Below, piece after piece: positions 1-9,370 of a stretch of 64,000 nt of DNA; within the stretch, counting starts at the first letter, position 1, and each line of letters begins with the position of its first letter. A program made the position numbers and the translations under genes. The DNA is taken from assembly GCA_048885865.1 (NCBI GenBank), contig JBHLLF010000004.1:32001-96000 (forward strand), in the 5' to 3' direction. The stretch is from Candidatus Hermodarchaeota archaeon. Its GTDB lineage: Archaea > Asgardarchaeota > Thorarchaeia > Thorarchaeales > Thorarchaeaceae. The notes beneath the pieces were generated by a model, which saw only the letters and a program-made list of their open reading frames with translations, did no database searches and was not told where the DNA came from.

Positions 1-12
1 CAGACCATGGTG

Positions 13-954
13 CTAGGTCGTCCGTTCAACACCATTCTCAGTTACTATGACAGTGTGCTCAGCCTGAGATACGAGTTCACCCTCTTCTTCCGTCAGAATG
101 TGATGAGCGATCAAAGCCCCATTCTTCTGAAGTTCTCTTATACCAAGCTCCAGGTCCGCCTTTCGAAGTCTTTCCGCCATCCACCTCTTGGCAAAGGGGA
201 ATTCCTTGAACTCCTTGCGAGCAATGCCCAGAAACCTCTTTGTCCCCTTGAATCTCACAGGGACTCTAATTGGCAGCATTTGGAAAATCAGTGGCTCTGG
301 TAGATCTGTGACATTCCCTGAGCCGGTGCTAGCAAAGGTTTCAATGGCATAGACCTCACCTTCCTCCACCAACACTTCTGACTTGCCTGATACACATGGA
401 ACTTGCTTCTCCCCATGCAGTTCATACTCATTCAATTGATGACCTGAGAGCTGTTTGATCGGCTCAAAACCGGCACTCTTGATAGTATCTTCAATCAACG
501 CCCCGATGGTATTCAGTTTAGCTCCTGGTCGCATCATTCGGATAGCCACTTTGGTGGCTTCCTCAGATGCCTTCACTATGCTTTGGTGTTCTGGATTGAG
601 AGCAATTGTGAACGCACTGTCAGATATACATCCATCGACGTGGGCTCCACAGTCCACGGTCACAAGATCGCCCTCAGCAATAACTGTTTCATCATTTAAA
701 GGAGAGGTATAATGTGCAGCGATGTTATTGATGGCAACGTTGCACGGGAAGGAGATACCTGTGGCCTTCTCTCGAATATGACTCTCAACCGCTTCTACAA
801 TGTCAAGGACCTTTGTCCCGGGCTTTACCATTGGACGAGCAATATCAAGAGCTTCGCGAGCAACCACTCCTGCTTGTCTCCATTTAGCCCATGCATCCTC
901 TGACTCTTCTTCCTCCTCGATTTTTTCCTCTTTTTCCTCGGGCAATCTACTCAC
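13..954 (-). CDS. map: Methionine aminopeptidase type II, with acidic N-terminal extension
   Basis: Metal-ligand motifs DCGAHVDG, SDSA, SGHQL, AIETF, QAEHT; FPCNVAINNIAAHYT. Start probably GTG 954 or TTG 945 rather than 1029. Confidence 0.95.
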   Translation of the reverse strand: MSRLPEEKEEKIEEEEESEDAWAKWRQAGVVAREALDIARPMVKPGTKVLDIVEAVESHIREKATGISFPCNVAINNIAAHYTSPLNDETVIAEGDLVTVDCGAHVDGCISDSAFTIALNPEHQSIVKASEEATKVAIRMMRPGAKLNTIGALIEDTIKSAGFEPIKQLSGHQLNEYELHGEKQVPCVSGKSEVLVEEGEVYAIETFASTGSGNVTDLPEPLIFQMLPIRVPVRFKGTKRFLGIARKEFKEFPFAKRWMAERLRKADLELGIRELQKNGALIAHHILTEEEGELVSQAEHTVIVTENGVERTT

Positions 955-1006
955 TCGCACTTCCAGATGCCAATGCTGACAAATAAAAGAGTGACGGAAT
1001 GAAGCC

Positions 1007-1405
1007 CTATCCGCCAAGAATATTCGCAATGCGTTTAGAGTGCCTTGCCATCATGAAGAACATATAGCCGACATTTGCACCTTTGGTTGTGAGGACTGCA
1101 AGTATCGCATCCTCTCCTGCATCGCAAACAATGACATACCCGGACTCACCCTCAATGAGCATCCTAACAAAAGGGCCCCGTTTGAGCTGCTTGAATACCT
1201 TGATGGTTTGTGATTCGATCTGTATGGCCCTGCCTGCGATAACATCCTCTTCAGGAACCATGGCCGAATCATCTGTAGGAGGAAAATGAGAGCAGATTGG
1301 TAGTCCTTGAGAACGGGAGATTATGACGCTGGCTTGGACATTACCTTGGGAGGCACGACTTAGGTCTTCAAGAAGTTCAGTAAGCATTTCAGTCTTTGAG
1401 GACAC
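1007..1405 (-). CDS. Roadblock/LC7 domain protein
   Basis: 132 aa; ASVIISRSQGLPI...LKRG...MLIEGESGYVIVCDAGEDAILAVLT...NVGYMF pattern; GGAGGT upstream of GTG start. Confidence 0.88.
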   Translation of the reverse strand: MSSKTEMLTELLEDLSRASQGNVQASVIISRSQGLPICSHFPPTDDSAMVPEEDVIAGRAIQIESQTIKVFKQLKRGPFVRMLIEGESGYVIVCDAGEDAILAVLTTKGANVGYMFFMMARHSKRIANILGG

Positions 1406-1480
1406 GGTGCTGGACCTCCCTTGGGGTACTCTTCGACAAAAAACCCTTCGGAGTATTTAAACTTAGGGCGAATCTCTATC

Positions 1481-2254
1481 CTATAGCTTCTTGGCACCTG
1501 CTTCCTTCAGTGCCTTCACTATCTTCTTCAAACCAGCTCCTTTGTCATCCTGAGCATATTTCTCTAGATATGTTCCCTGAACCACAATGGATGCTCCAGC
1601 TTCGACAGCCTTAACGACTGACTCAGCATCATTGAAACCACCACCTGTGATTATGGGGATGTCACAATACTGTGCCACTGTGGCAATGGTCTGGGTGGGA
1701 ACTCCACCGCCCTCAGCGCCACTTCCAGCCTCAAGGTATACCAGCTTGAAACCAAGTAGCTCAGCAGCAAGAGCATACATCAAGACAAGTTTTGGTTTGT
1801 CCCGGGGAAAGCATTTGGCTTCGCCAACCCATGCTGCAGTCTTGCCTGGTTCAATCAAGAGGTATGCCATCGGAATTGGTTCAATATCTGAGAACTTGAT
1901 ACGTGGTGCTGCAAGAGCTTGGGCGCCAATTAGATAGTAAGGATTCGTGCTGTTTAGAAGACTCATGAAGAACATTGCATCTGCATACTCGCTGATACCA
2001 GTAATGTTACCGGGAAATAGAATTGTGGGTATATCGACTGAGTCAGTGATAGCTTTAACGGACTCATCAATATCACCAAATATTGTACTGCCACCGATCA
2101 TTATGGCATCAGAACCAGAACTCTCTGCAATCTTTGCAAGCTTAACAACTGTTTCATTATTCATTGCCAGAGGGTCTGGGTCAAGCAGGGAGAAATGACA
2201 AGCACCTTCTGTTTCCAGCTTATCCGTGATGTATTTCCATACCTTACCAGGCAT
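1481..2254 (-). CDS. Geranylgeranylglyceryl phosphate synthase (PcrB/GGGPS family)
   Basis: HFSLLDPD, IMIGGS, ILFPG, YLEAGSGA, ITGGG motifs; GGAGGT upstream of ATG 2254. Confidence 0.93.
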   Translation of the reverse strand: MPGKVWKYITDKLETEGACHFSLLDPDPLAMNNETVVKLAKIAESSGSDAIMIGGSTIFGDIDESVKAITDSVDIPTILFPGNITGISEYADAMFFMSLLNSTNPYYLIGAQALAAPRIKFSDIEPIPMAYLLIEPGKTAAWVGEAKCFPRDKPKLVLMYALAAELLGFKLVYLEAGSGAEGGGVPTQTIATVAQYCDIPIITGGGFNDAESVVKAVEAGASIVVQGTYLEKYAQDDKGAGLKKIVKALKEAGAKKL

Positions 2255-2328
2255 GTGGCTACCTCCTTGAAACAAAACCTCGACATTGAGCCCTGCTTTT
2301 TACGGTTTTGGTGTCCCAGCTCGCCTCA

Positions 2329-2652
2329 TTATTCCTTCTCGTCAAGACCATGCCGTATCCAGTCTAAAGGCATTCTGATAGCCAGCCGTGGCCCTGAGAA
2401 TCGCATCACTTGACGAATCTGCTCTCGCATCGATGGCTTATAGCAATGAACAGTGCACTTTCTGCAGGTCGGCTTATCTTCGCCGAACTGACAGTGGTCT
2501 AATCTATGCATTGAGTAGTCAAGAAGATCGTTACAAGCCTCACAGAGATTACCTCCTTTAATGCTGTGCTTTCGTTCACAATGGAATCTGATCATCTTCT
2601 CCACTGTGCGTTTCTCTCTAACTATTCTTGGGCCATCAGCGCTCTCTGTCAT
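2329..2652 (-). CDS. YgbA / nitrous oxide-stimulated promoter family protein
   Basis: RIVREKRTVEKMI...CEAC...RLDHC.FGEDKPTC.KC.VHCYKP.MREQI..VMRFSGPR family signature. Confidence 0.88.
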   Translation of the reverse strand: MTESADGPRIVREKRTVEKMIRFHCERKHSIKGGNLCEACNDLLDYSMHRLDHCQFGEDKPTCRKCTVHCYKPSMREQIRQVMRFSGPRLAIRMPLDWIRHGLDEKE

Positions 2653-2768
2653 GTCGAAGTCATTCCTCGTGCCAAATGTACAGGCTTATCATGTCTTGGG
2701 TGCAGGACATGGGGTTGATACTTGATTCTAATCGCTAACTGCGTTTGCTTCTGAACTATATTGAATGA

Positions 2769-2797
2769 AATTGTCTACAATTCTCAAACTTTATTTA
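2769..2797 (+). promoter_or_regulatory. Putative hdr operon promoter: palindrome AATTGT-ct-ACAATT followed by TATA-like TTTATTTA
   Basis: Perfect 6-bp inverted repeat 2769-2782; AT-rich box 2790-2797, ~75 nt upstream of hdrA. Confidence 0.4.
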
Positions 2798-2869
2798 GCT
2801 CACACTTGTCCAGACTAGAAACAGGCGCGAGAACAGAATTGTCTCAATGCGGGACAAGGGAGTGGCTTA

Positions 2870-5413
2870 ATGACCACAAGCGATCCAAAACCACAAGCTG
2901 AAACAGCTGACGAACCGACTGTCATTTCCGGAGACGGAGAGGTAAGGATAGGAGTGTTCCCCTGTGCGTGTGGGAAGAATATCGGAGCCGTTGTCGACAT
3001 AGATGAGGTTGCCAAGTACGCAGAGACTCTGCCAAATGTGGTCTTTGTCCAGACCAATAGATACACTTGTGCGGATCCCGGACAGAACGAGATTCAGCAG
3101 GCCATAAAGGAACATGGACTAAATAGAGTGGTCGTGGCCTCTTGCTCCCCAACTATGCATGAGGACACGTTTCGGAAGACTGTCAAAGCTGCAGGATTGA
3201 ATCCCTATCTCTGTATAATGGCGAATATCCGCGAACATGTTTCATGGGTCCATATGCATGAGCCAGAACAGGCCACTCTGAAAGCTAAGGAGCTCGTGGC
3301 CATGTCTGTGGCGAAGGCAAGAACTTTGGAGGCCCAACCAGAACTTGACGTTCCAGTCACACAAGCTGCAATGATTGTAGGAGCTGGAGTTGCAGGTATG
3401 CAAGCTGCACTAGACCTGGCTGAGTCAGGCTTCAAAGTCTACTTAATCGAGAGGGAGCCTACCATCGGGGGCATAATGGCGATTCTGGACAAGGTCTTCC
3501 CTCAGAACGACTGTTCCATTTGCATTCTGGGACCCAAGATGGTTGATGTGGCAAAGCATCCGAACATCAATCTCATTACAATGGCGGAGGTTGATGAGAT
3601 CTCGGGGTATGTTGGCAATTTCAATGTACGAGTGAAGCAGAGGGCTAGATACGTGGATCCCGACAAGTGCACATCATGTGGCGATTGTGTCGAGGTCTGC
3701 CCTGTAGATGTACCTAGTCGAACAGATCAGAATCTCACATGGAACAAGGCCATAGGCATACCATTCCCCCAAGCAGTCCCCTCATCCTACTTCATCAACC
3801 CTGATGCATGTCTCGGAATGGACCTCATTCGTTGTGGAAAATGTATAGACAGGTGTGAACAGGAGGCAATAGTTCCCTCTGATAGAGACAAGATCATTGA
3901 GTTTGAGGTGGGAGTAATCATATTAGCAACAGGATTTTCTCCTGCCGATCCAAATAAGATTCCACGTTTAGGATGGGGAAGATATCCCAATGTCATCACC
4001 TCTTTAGAGTTCGAAAGACTGATCAACGCAGCTGGGCCAACTGAGGGACACCTAGTAAGGCCATCAGATGTTTCAAAGCCTAAGTCAGTCGCAATTGCTC
4101 AATGTGTCGGTTCACGCAGCATATCCACTAGAACAGGCTGCTCCAACTACTGTTGTGCGGAATCAGTGAAGTGCTCCTTGCTCATCAAAGAACATTATCC
4201 AGACACTGAGGTCACAATATACTATCAAGATCTCCGAATGCATGGCAAGTATTTCGAGGACCAATATCTCAAAGCGAGAGAAGAGGGTGTCAAGTTCATA
4301 CGAGGACGTGTTGGAGAAATCCAACAGTACCCCGACACCAAGAATCTGAGAGTTGCAGTTGAGGACACGACACACAACAAGTTGCTCATGGTCGACTATG
4401 ACATGGTCATTCTGTCGATGGGCGCAGAAGGTACCGCTGGAGATTTCCCATTACCGATATCTTGCACTGAAGACTCCTTTTACATCGAATCCCATCCCAA
4501 ACTGCGACCCGTTGATACTAGCTCGGCTGGAATCTTCATATGCGGCGGTGCAGAGTCACCAAAAGACATCAGGGACTCAGTGATTCAAGCTAGTGCCGCA
4601 GCAGGACGTGCCTCAATTATACTGCAGAAGGGACGGTACCCCATTGAGGCGCTAAGCGCAAAGATTCTGCAGGACAAGTGTTCTAGGTGTGGCACATGTG
4701 TGAAGAGGTGTCCATATGGGGCTATTGTGGTAGATGGTGCAGGAAAGCACACGGTAGTAGGCGCTCTATGTCAGGCATGTGGCACCTGTGCAGGTGACTG
4801 TCCACAGGACGCCATCTACATGCCCAACTTCACAAATGAGCAATTGCATGCCCAAATAGAGATGGCACTTAAGGAGAATCCTTCGGACAAGATAGTCGCC
4901 TTTGCATGTACCTATTGCTCCTACCGCGGCTCAGACCTAGCTGGTGTTTCACGAATGCAGTATCCCACTAATGCAAGAGTGATACGTGCAATCTGCTCTG
5001 GCCGATACCACGTTCAATTTGCTCAAAAGGCATTCGAGCTTGGAGCTGGAGCAGTCTTGTACTCTGGTTGCCATTTGCCTGCAGACTGCCATTTCCAGAC
5101 AGGAAACCATTGGATGGCAAAGCGTGAACCAAGAATCCGCAGATGGATGGAACGAAACGGAATCTCAGATGAACGCTTCAGAGTAGACTGGGTTTCGGCG
5201 AGTGAGGGGAAGAAGTGGCAAGGCATAATGCAAGATATGACAGATGTTGTTGAGAGGCACAATAAGGCAAGACCAGCACCAGAACCAAAGAGCAAACCAA
5301 AAGTAAAGCCAAAGACTTCGGCAACGAAGAAGACCAAGAAGAAAGCGCCTTCAAAGCCAAAGACGGCAACGAAGAAAGCAGCCAAACCAAAGAAAAAGCA
5401 GTCCAAAAAGTAG
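2870..5413 (+). CDS. hdrA: Heterodisulfide reductase subunit A fused to C-terminal MvhD domain, with Lys-rich tail
   Basis: CACGKNI, VVVASCSP, GAGVAG FAD motif, FPQNDCSICIL, ferredoxin CxxCxxC motifs, AQCVGSR, CSNYCC; C-terminal FACTYCSY..DLAG...RAICSGR...GCH...CHF..GN (MvhD). Confidence 0.95.
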   Translation: MTTSDPKPQAETADEPTVISGDGEVRIGVFPCACGKNIGAVVDIDEVAKYAETLPNVVFVQTNRYTCADPGQNEIQQAIKEHGLNRVVVASCSPTMHEDTFRKTVKAAGLNPYLCIMANIREHVSWVHMHEPEQATLKAKELVAMSVAKARTLEAQPELDVPVTQAAMIVGAGVAGMQAALDLAESGFKVYLIEREPTIGGIMAILDKVFPQNDCSICILGPKMVDVAKHPNINLITMAEVDEISGYVGNFNVRVKQRARYVDPDKCTSCGDCVEVCPVDVPSRTDQNLTWNKAIGIPFPQAVPSSYFINPDACLGMDLIRCGKCIDRCEQEAIVPSDRDKIIEFEVGVIILATGFSPADPNKIPRLGWGRYPNVITSLEFERLINAAGPTEGHLVRPSDVSKPKSVAIAQCVGSRSISTRTGCSNYCCAESVKCSLLIKEHYPDTEVTIYYQDLRMHGKYFEDQYLKAREEGVKFIRGRVGEIQQYPDTKNLRVAVEDTTHNKLLMVDYDMVILSMGAEGTAGDFPLPISCTEDSFYIESHPKLRPVDTSSAGIFICGGAESPKDIRDSVIQASAAAGRASIILQKGRYPIEALSAKILQDKCSRCGTCVKRCPYGAIVVDGAGKHTVVGALCQACGTCAGDCPQDAIYMPNFTNEQLHAQIEMALKENPSDKIVAFACTYCSYRGSDLAGVSRMQYPTNARVIRAICSGRYHVQFAQKAFELGAGAVLYSGCHLPADCHFQTGNHWMAKREPRIRRWMERNGISDERFRVDWVSASEGKKWQGIMQDMTDVVERHNKARPAPEPKSKPKVKPKTSATKKTKKKAPSKPKTATKKAAKPKKKQSKK

Positions 5414-5421
5414 GTGGAACG

Positions 5422-5913
5422 ATGACAGACGAAGCACAGAAACGCATCGAATATCTCAGGGAGGCTGCAAAGCCGTGTTTTCAATGCGGTATATGTTCCT
5501 CATCCTGTCCAGTATTCAGGGTGGCACCAGGAGTTAATCCGAGACTAGCTGTTGATGCAGTGGTATCAACCGGAGAGCTGACGGAGGAAGGCAATGAGTG
5601 GCTTTGTGCATATTGCCTCATGTGTGAACAAAGATGCCCAATGGGGGTTTCTCTAGCAGACATTCTGATTGAACTTAAGAACCTGTCAGCTGCCGAGGGC
5701 AAGGCACCCATGAGTATTGTACAGGCGGTGGAGTCTTTCTTCACTATCGGAGCGATAGCACCGGGTACTTCCGGAGTAGATAGAAAGCGAAGTAAACTTG
5801 GACTTCCAGAGATTCCAAAGCCAGATCCAGAACAGATCAAGACTCTGTTCGCGGGGACAGGAGCAATGGAGATATTGGAGAAGAATCTAGAAAAGGAGAC
5901 CGTAGCTGAATGA
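5422..5913 (+). CDS. hdrC: Heterodisulfide reductase subunit C
   Basis: CFQCGICSSSCP and CAYCLMCEQRCP [4Fe-4S] motifs; between hdrA and hdrB. Confidence 0.92.
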   Translation: MTDEAQKRIEYLREAAKPCFQCGICSSSCPVFRVAPGVNPRLAVDAVVSTGELTEEGNEWLCAYCLMCEQRCPMGVSLADILIELKNLSAAEGKAPMSIVQAVESFFTIGAIAPGTSGVDRKRSKLGLPEIPKPDPEQIKTLFAGTGAMEILEKNLEKETVAE

Positions 5914-6821
5914 AGTACGCGTTCTTCGTCGGATGCACTATGGCCTATCGACTTCCTTTTGCTGAGAAGTCCATCCGAATGGTTGCTCCCCATTTCGATA
6001 TCGAGCTTGTGGACCTACCATTCACGTGCTGTCCAGAGCCCAATGGAGTACGATCCTTCTCAGATGAAACCTGGTTAGTCTTTGCAGCAAGGAACATTGC
6101 TCTAGCCGAAGCACACGGTCTCGATATCCTTACAGCTTGCGCAGGGTGCCACGAGTCATTGACCATGGCAAAACATGAGATGGATACCAAAGCAAATCGG
6201 AAAGAACTCGCAAACGAGCATCTGGCTGCGGTTGGGATGGAATATAAGGGCACTTCATCAATTGTTCATCTTCACCAGCTTCTCCATGATGAAATTGGCC
6301 CTGAAGAGATTGGCAAGAAGGTCGTAAAACCTGTGAACATGAGTGTGGTCACACACTCAGGATGTCACCTCCTAAGGCCCTCAGAGATACTGCAGGTCGA
6401 TTCACCAGAGGCACCAGTCAAGCTCGACAAACTGGTTGAAACTCTTGGAATGGAGCCGCTGGAGTATATGGACAAAACAATGTGCTGTGGAGCAGGCATA
6501 CGAGGGCAAGCCTCAGACACATCGTTCTCTGTTCTAAAGGAAAAGATGGATAGTATGATGATGGTCAATCCTGATGCTGCAGTTGTCTTCTGTCCAACAT
6601 GCTTCATATCCTTTGAATCTGGACAGCGTATTGTCAACAGGACATATGGAACTGACTTCAAGTTACCAGTCTATTACTACACGGAGCTTCTTGCAGTGGC
6701 TCTAGACCTTCCTGATGTCGAGGAGGTACTATCGGGACATCGAGTGAAGCCTTCCTTCCCTCTTGTCATTGAGAGTTCCAACGACCGGCAGTTGGAGTCG
6801 GAGAGTCCTCCTTCTCAATGA
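5910..6821 (+). CDS. hdrB: Heterodisulfide reductase subunit B
   Basis: Two CCG domains: FFVGC...TCCP...ACAGC and HSGCHLLRP...CCGAG...FCPTC; ATGA overlap with hdrC. Confidence 0.93.
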   Translation: MKYAFFVGCTMAYRLPFAEKSIRMVAPHFDIELVDLPFTCCPEPNGVRSFSDETWLVFAARNIALAEAHGLDILTACAGCHESLTMAKHEMDTKANRKELANEHLAAVGMEYKGTSSIVHLHQLLHDEIGPEEIGKKVVKPVNMSVVTHSGCHLLRPSEILQVDSPEAPVKLDKLVETLGMEPLEYMDKTMCCGAGIRGQASDTSFSVLKEKMDSMMMVNPDAAVVFCPTCFISFESGQRIVNRTYGTDFKLPVYYYTELLAVALDLPDVEEVLSGHRVKPSFPLVIESSNDRQLESESPPSQ

Positions 6822-7453
6822 TTACTCCGTTTCATCAAGGAAGGGAAAAATCGACCAGTCCGTGACATATAGTCTTTGTATTGGTCTCCGAAGTGCTGAA
6901 TCAGATGCTTTTCTTCTACCAATGAAACTAGGTAGTAGCCTGGGTAGCCTAGAAGCAGCAGAAGGGTGACCATTGACGGTAACATCAAGATTAGGCCAGC
7001 GAAGCTCATGAAATATGACGTATAAGATGGGTGCCGTATTTTGGAGTATGGGCCAGCTTCCACCAAATTGTGGCTAGTACTCATGGCCCAGGAAGAAGCC
7101 ATCTCTTGGCGAACATAGCGGGACCACCCATGTAGGATAATTCCGAAGGCAAGGAGAATAAACCCTAGAACCCAAACAGACACGGGAGGATCGATGAGAG
7201 GGATGAGAAACAGAACAAGCTCACTTCCAGTCCCAAAGTACCATGCTAGGGGAATTAGAAGGGTCAATACAAAAGCAAGAAGTGTTGAAACTGTAGCCGC
7301 GCCCAATGCTGATGTGGAGATATTGGAACGGGGTTCTCTGAATATCCGCTCCTTAGTAGTCCTTGACTTCTTCACGTCAAGATACAGATGCAGTGCAACA
7401 TCCATTGAAGCTAGCAAGCCAACAATTGGACCAGCTAGGAAGAAGTCAAGCAT
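6815..7453 (-). CDS. Isoprenylcysteine carboxyl methyltransferase / PEMT family membrane protein
   Basis: Several TM helices; GPYSKIRHPSY and EEKHL..HFGDQY..Y...TGRFFP. Confidence 0.85.
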   Translation of the reverse strand: MLDFFLAGPIVGLLASMDVALHLYLDVKKSRTTKERIFREPRSNISTSALGAATVSTLLAFVLTLLIPLAWYFGTGSELVLFLIPLIDPPVSVWVLGFILLAFGIILHGWSRYVRQEMASSWAMSTSHNLVEAGPYSKIRHPSYTSYFMSFAGLILMLPSMVTLLLLLGYPGYYLVSLVEEKHLIQHFGDQYKDYMSRTGRFFPSLMKRSNH

Positions 7454-7601
7454 GCGTGGCGAATCTCGATGCAGAGATTTCTATTTTTGGATTGAGTTTG
7501 CTATTGATGCGGATAGTAGTTGAGCCATAGCACATCCTAATCGTCAGATTCAAGAGTAAGTCGATAGTCCGCTGGCACTAAAGAGAATGAGAAATTGCAA
7601 A

Positions 7602-8225
7602 ATGAGTGACCAAGACTTGACAGTTGCAATTCTGGCTGGCGGGAACTCAGCTCGCTTCAAGTCAGAGAAGAGTCTTGCTAAATTCCGAGGTAGACCACTC
7701 ATCGAACACATGGTTGCCATCGCCAAGAAGTTGTCTCCGCGGGTAATGATTGTAGCTTCAAGCGAAGAGAAGGGAGAAGCCCTAGTGAAACATGCTGAGG
7801 GCGTGCCTATAGTCGTTGATCCAGAGGACTCGGTCAGATGCGCACTCACCGGAGCCATCACGGCCTTCGAGTACACTGAAACGGAATATACACAATTACT
7901 GCCAGTTGATACGCCACTTGCCAGCGTGGATTTGTTGAAGACCATATATCAGCTCCGAAATAGTCATGGTGCAGTGGTCCCATCTTGGCCTTCAGGCTAT
8001 ATTGAGCCCCTTCATTCAGTATATCTCGCGGAGCATGCGTATGCCGCAGGGATTGAAACAGCGGATAGGAAAAGGTATCGAATGAGAGATTTGTTGGACA
8101 GACTGAGGAATGTGCTGTACGTTTCGACTCTCGTACTGTCTGAATTTGACTCAGATCTAGCGACATTCTCCAATGCGAATACTGAGAAAGAGTTGAGAGA
8201 CCTTGAGAGGGTGCAGCGTGGCTAG
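7602..8225 (+). CDS. mobA: Molybdenum cofactor guanylyltransferase
   Basis: AILAGGNSARF..EK, LPVDTP, IEPLHSVY, FSNANT motifs. Confidence 0.88.
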   Translation: MSDQDLTVAILAGGNSARFKSEKSLAKFRGRPLIEHMVAIAKKLSPRVMIVASSEEKGEALVKHAEGVPIVVDPEDSVRCALTGAITAFEYTETEYTQLLPVDTPLASVDLLKTIYQLRNSHGAVVPSWPSGYIEPLHSVYLAEHAYAAGIETADRKRYRMRDLLDRLRNVLYVSTLVLSEFDSDLATFSNANTEKELRDLERVQRG

Positions 8226-9325
8226 AATTCCTGATGCTCATGCCTGATTCTGCATGTCCCTTCATGACCCACCATGCACGGACCATATGGATTCTCAGGA
8301 ACACATCTATTGCCGAAGAGAGAACAATCGGATGGATTGGTGATGCCGAGGATGACCTCATGGCATTTGCAGCCGGGGAGAATATCTATCGATTCGATTG
8401 GAGGGAGGTCAAACTTCAGACGGGCATCATATCTATTGAACTGCTCTCGAAGGAAGTACCCTGAGTTCCTAATAGAACCTAGCCCTCTCCATGGAGCGTC
8501 TCCAAGTCGGAACACTCTCTCGAGAACATCTTGTGCCGCAGTGTTTCCCTCAGGCCGTACAACTCTAGTATACTCATTTTCTGATTCAGCACGGCCCTCC
8601 TTTATCTGCAATAGAATCATTCTGATTGATTCAAGTACATCAAGGGGCTCAAATCCAGCAGCCACACATGGAACTCGGTGTTTCTTTGCCAAAGGCTGGT
8701 ACGAGTTGGTGCCGATAACCGCACTGACATGGCCGGGTGTTATGAAGCCATCTACATTAAATCCTTCAATATTGACAAGAACCTCCATAGCAGGAGGTAT
8801 AACCTTCAGTGATGTAAGGAGCGAAAAGTTGCTCGGTGGTTTCTTCAATATCTCTACTGCCATGGTAGGGGCGGTAGTTTCAAAGCCTACTCCCATAAAG
8901 ACGATCTCACGATCTGGATTCCTTTTAGCGATGTCCACCGCTTCATTGACCCCGTACACAATCCGAATATCGGCGCCCTCTGCACGCTCTTTGATGAGTG
9001 ATGATGATGTGGAAGGAACACGTATCATGTCGCCAAATGTTGCGATTATGTGTCCCCTTCGGGAAAGCTCAATTGCGAAGTCGACATCCTCGGCGGCACA
9101 TACGCAAACAGGGCAACCAGGACCTGCAACAAGAGAGATACTACTTGGAAGAAGTGATCTAAGCCCATGACGACTTATTGTATCCTCATGCGTTCCACAG
9201 ACATGAACTATTCGAGTTGCTCTATCGGCGTTGAGATTCTCGATTTCACTAACCAGAGTCTTCGCATGTCGTGCATCTCTGAATTTAGTGTGCTCATACA
9301 TGAACTCATCAAAGACATAGGACAT
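8222..9325 (-). CDS. hypD: Hydrogenase maturation protein HypD
   Basis: HVCGTHE, GPGCPVC, GVGFETTAP, PGHVS, PYGPCMV..EGTC motifs. Confidence 0.96.
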   Translation of the reverse strand: MSYVFDEFMYEHTKFRDARHAKTLVSEIENLNADRATRIVHVCGTHEDTISRHGLRSLLPSSISLVAGPGCPVCVCAAEDVDFAIELSRRGHIIATFGDMIRVPSTSSSLIKERAEGADIRIVYGVNEAVDIAKRNPDREIVFMGVGFETTAPTMAVEILKKPPSNFSLLTSLKVIPPAMEVLVNIEGFNVDGFITPGHVSAVIGTNSYQPLAKKHRVPCVAAGFEPLDVLESIRMILLQIKEGRAESENEYTRVVRPEGNTAAQDVLERVFRLGDAPWRGLGSIRNSGYFLREQFNRYDARLKFDLPPIESIDILPGCKCHEVILGITNPSDCSLFGNRCVPENPYGPCMVGHEGTCRIRHEHQEF

Positions 9326-9370
9326 GTGCGTCCATAAAAGAGAGCTTGTATGCATCTAGGAAAGACAATT

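Noticed and set aside
955-1029. ORF-track N-terminal extension of map
   Set aside because: Overlaps the roadblock gene end and reads as non-coding; a downstream start is more plausible.
2870-6821. Possible selenocysteine recoding in Hdr/MvhD
   Set aside because: Frames are open with Cys at the relevant positions; no in-frame UGA or SECIS seen.
6815-7453. ICMT-like gene as evidence of protein prenylation
   Set aside because: The family is widespread in prokaryotes, and neither the GTPase nor actin here ends in a CaaX motif.
8274-9170. 298-aa plus-strand ORF
   Set aside because: Antisense shadow of hypD with no motifs.
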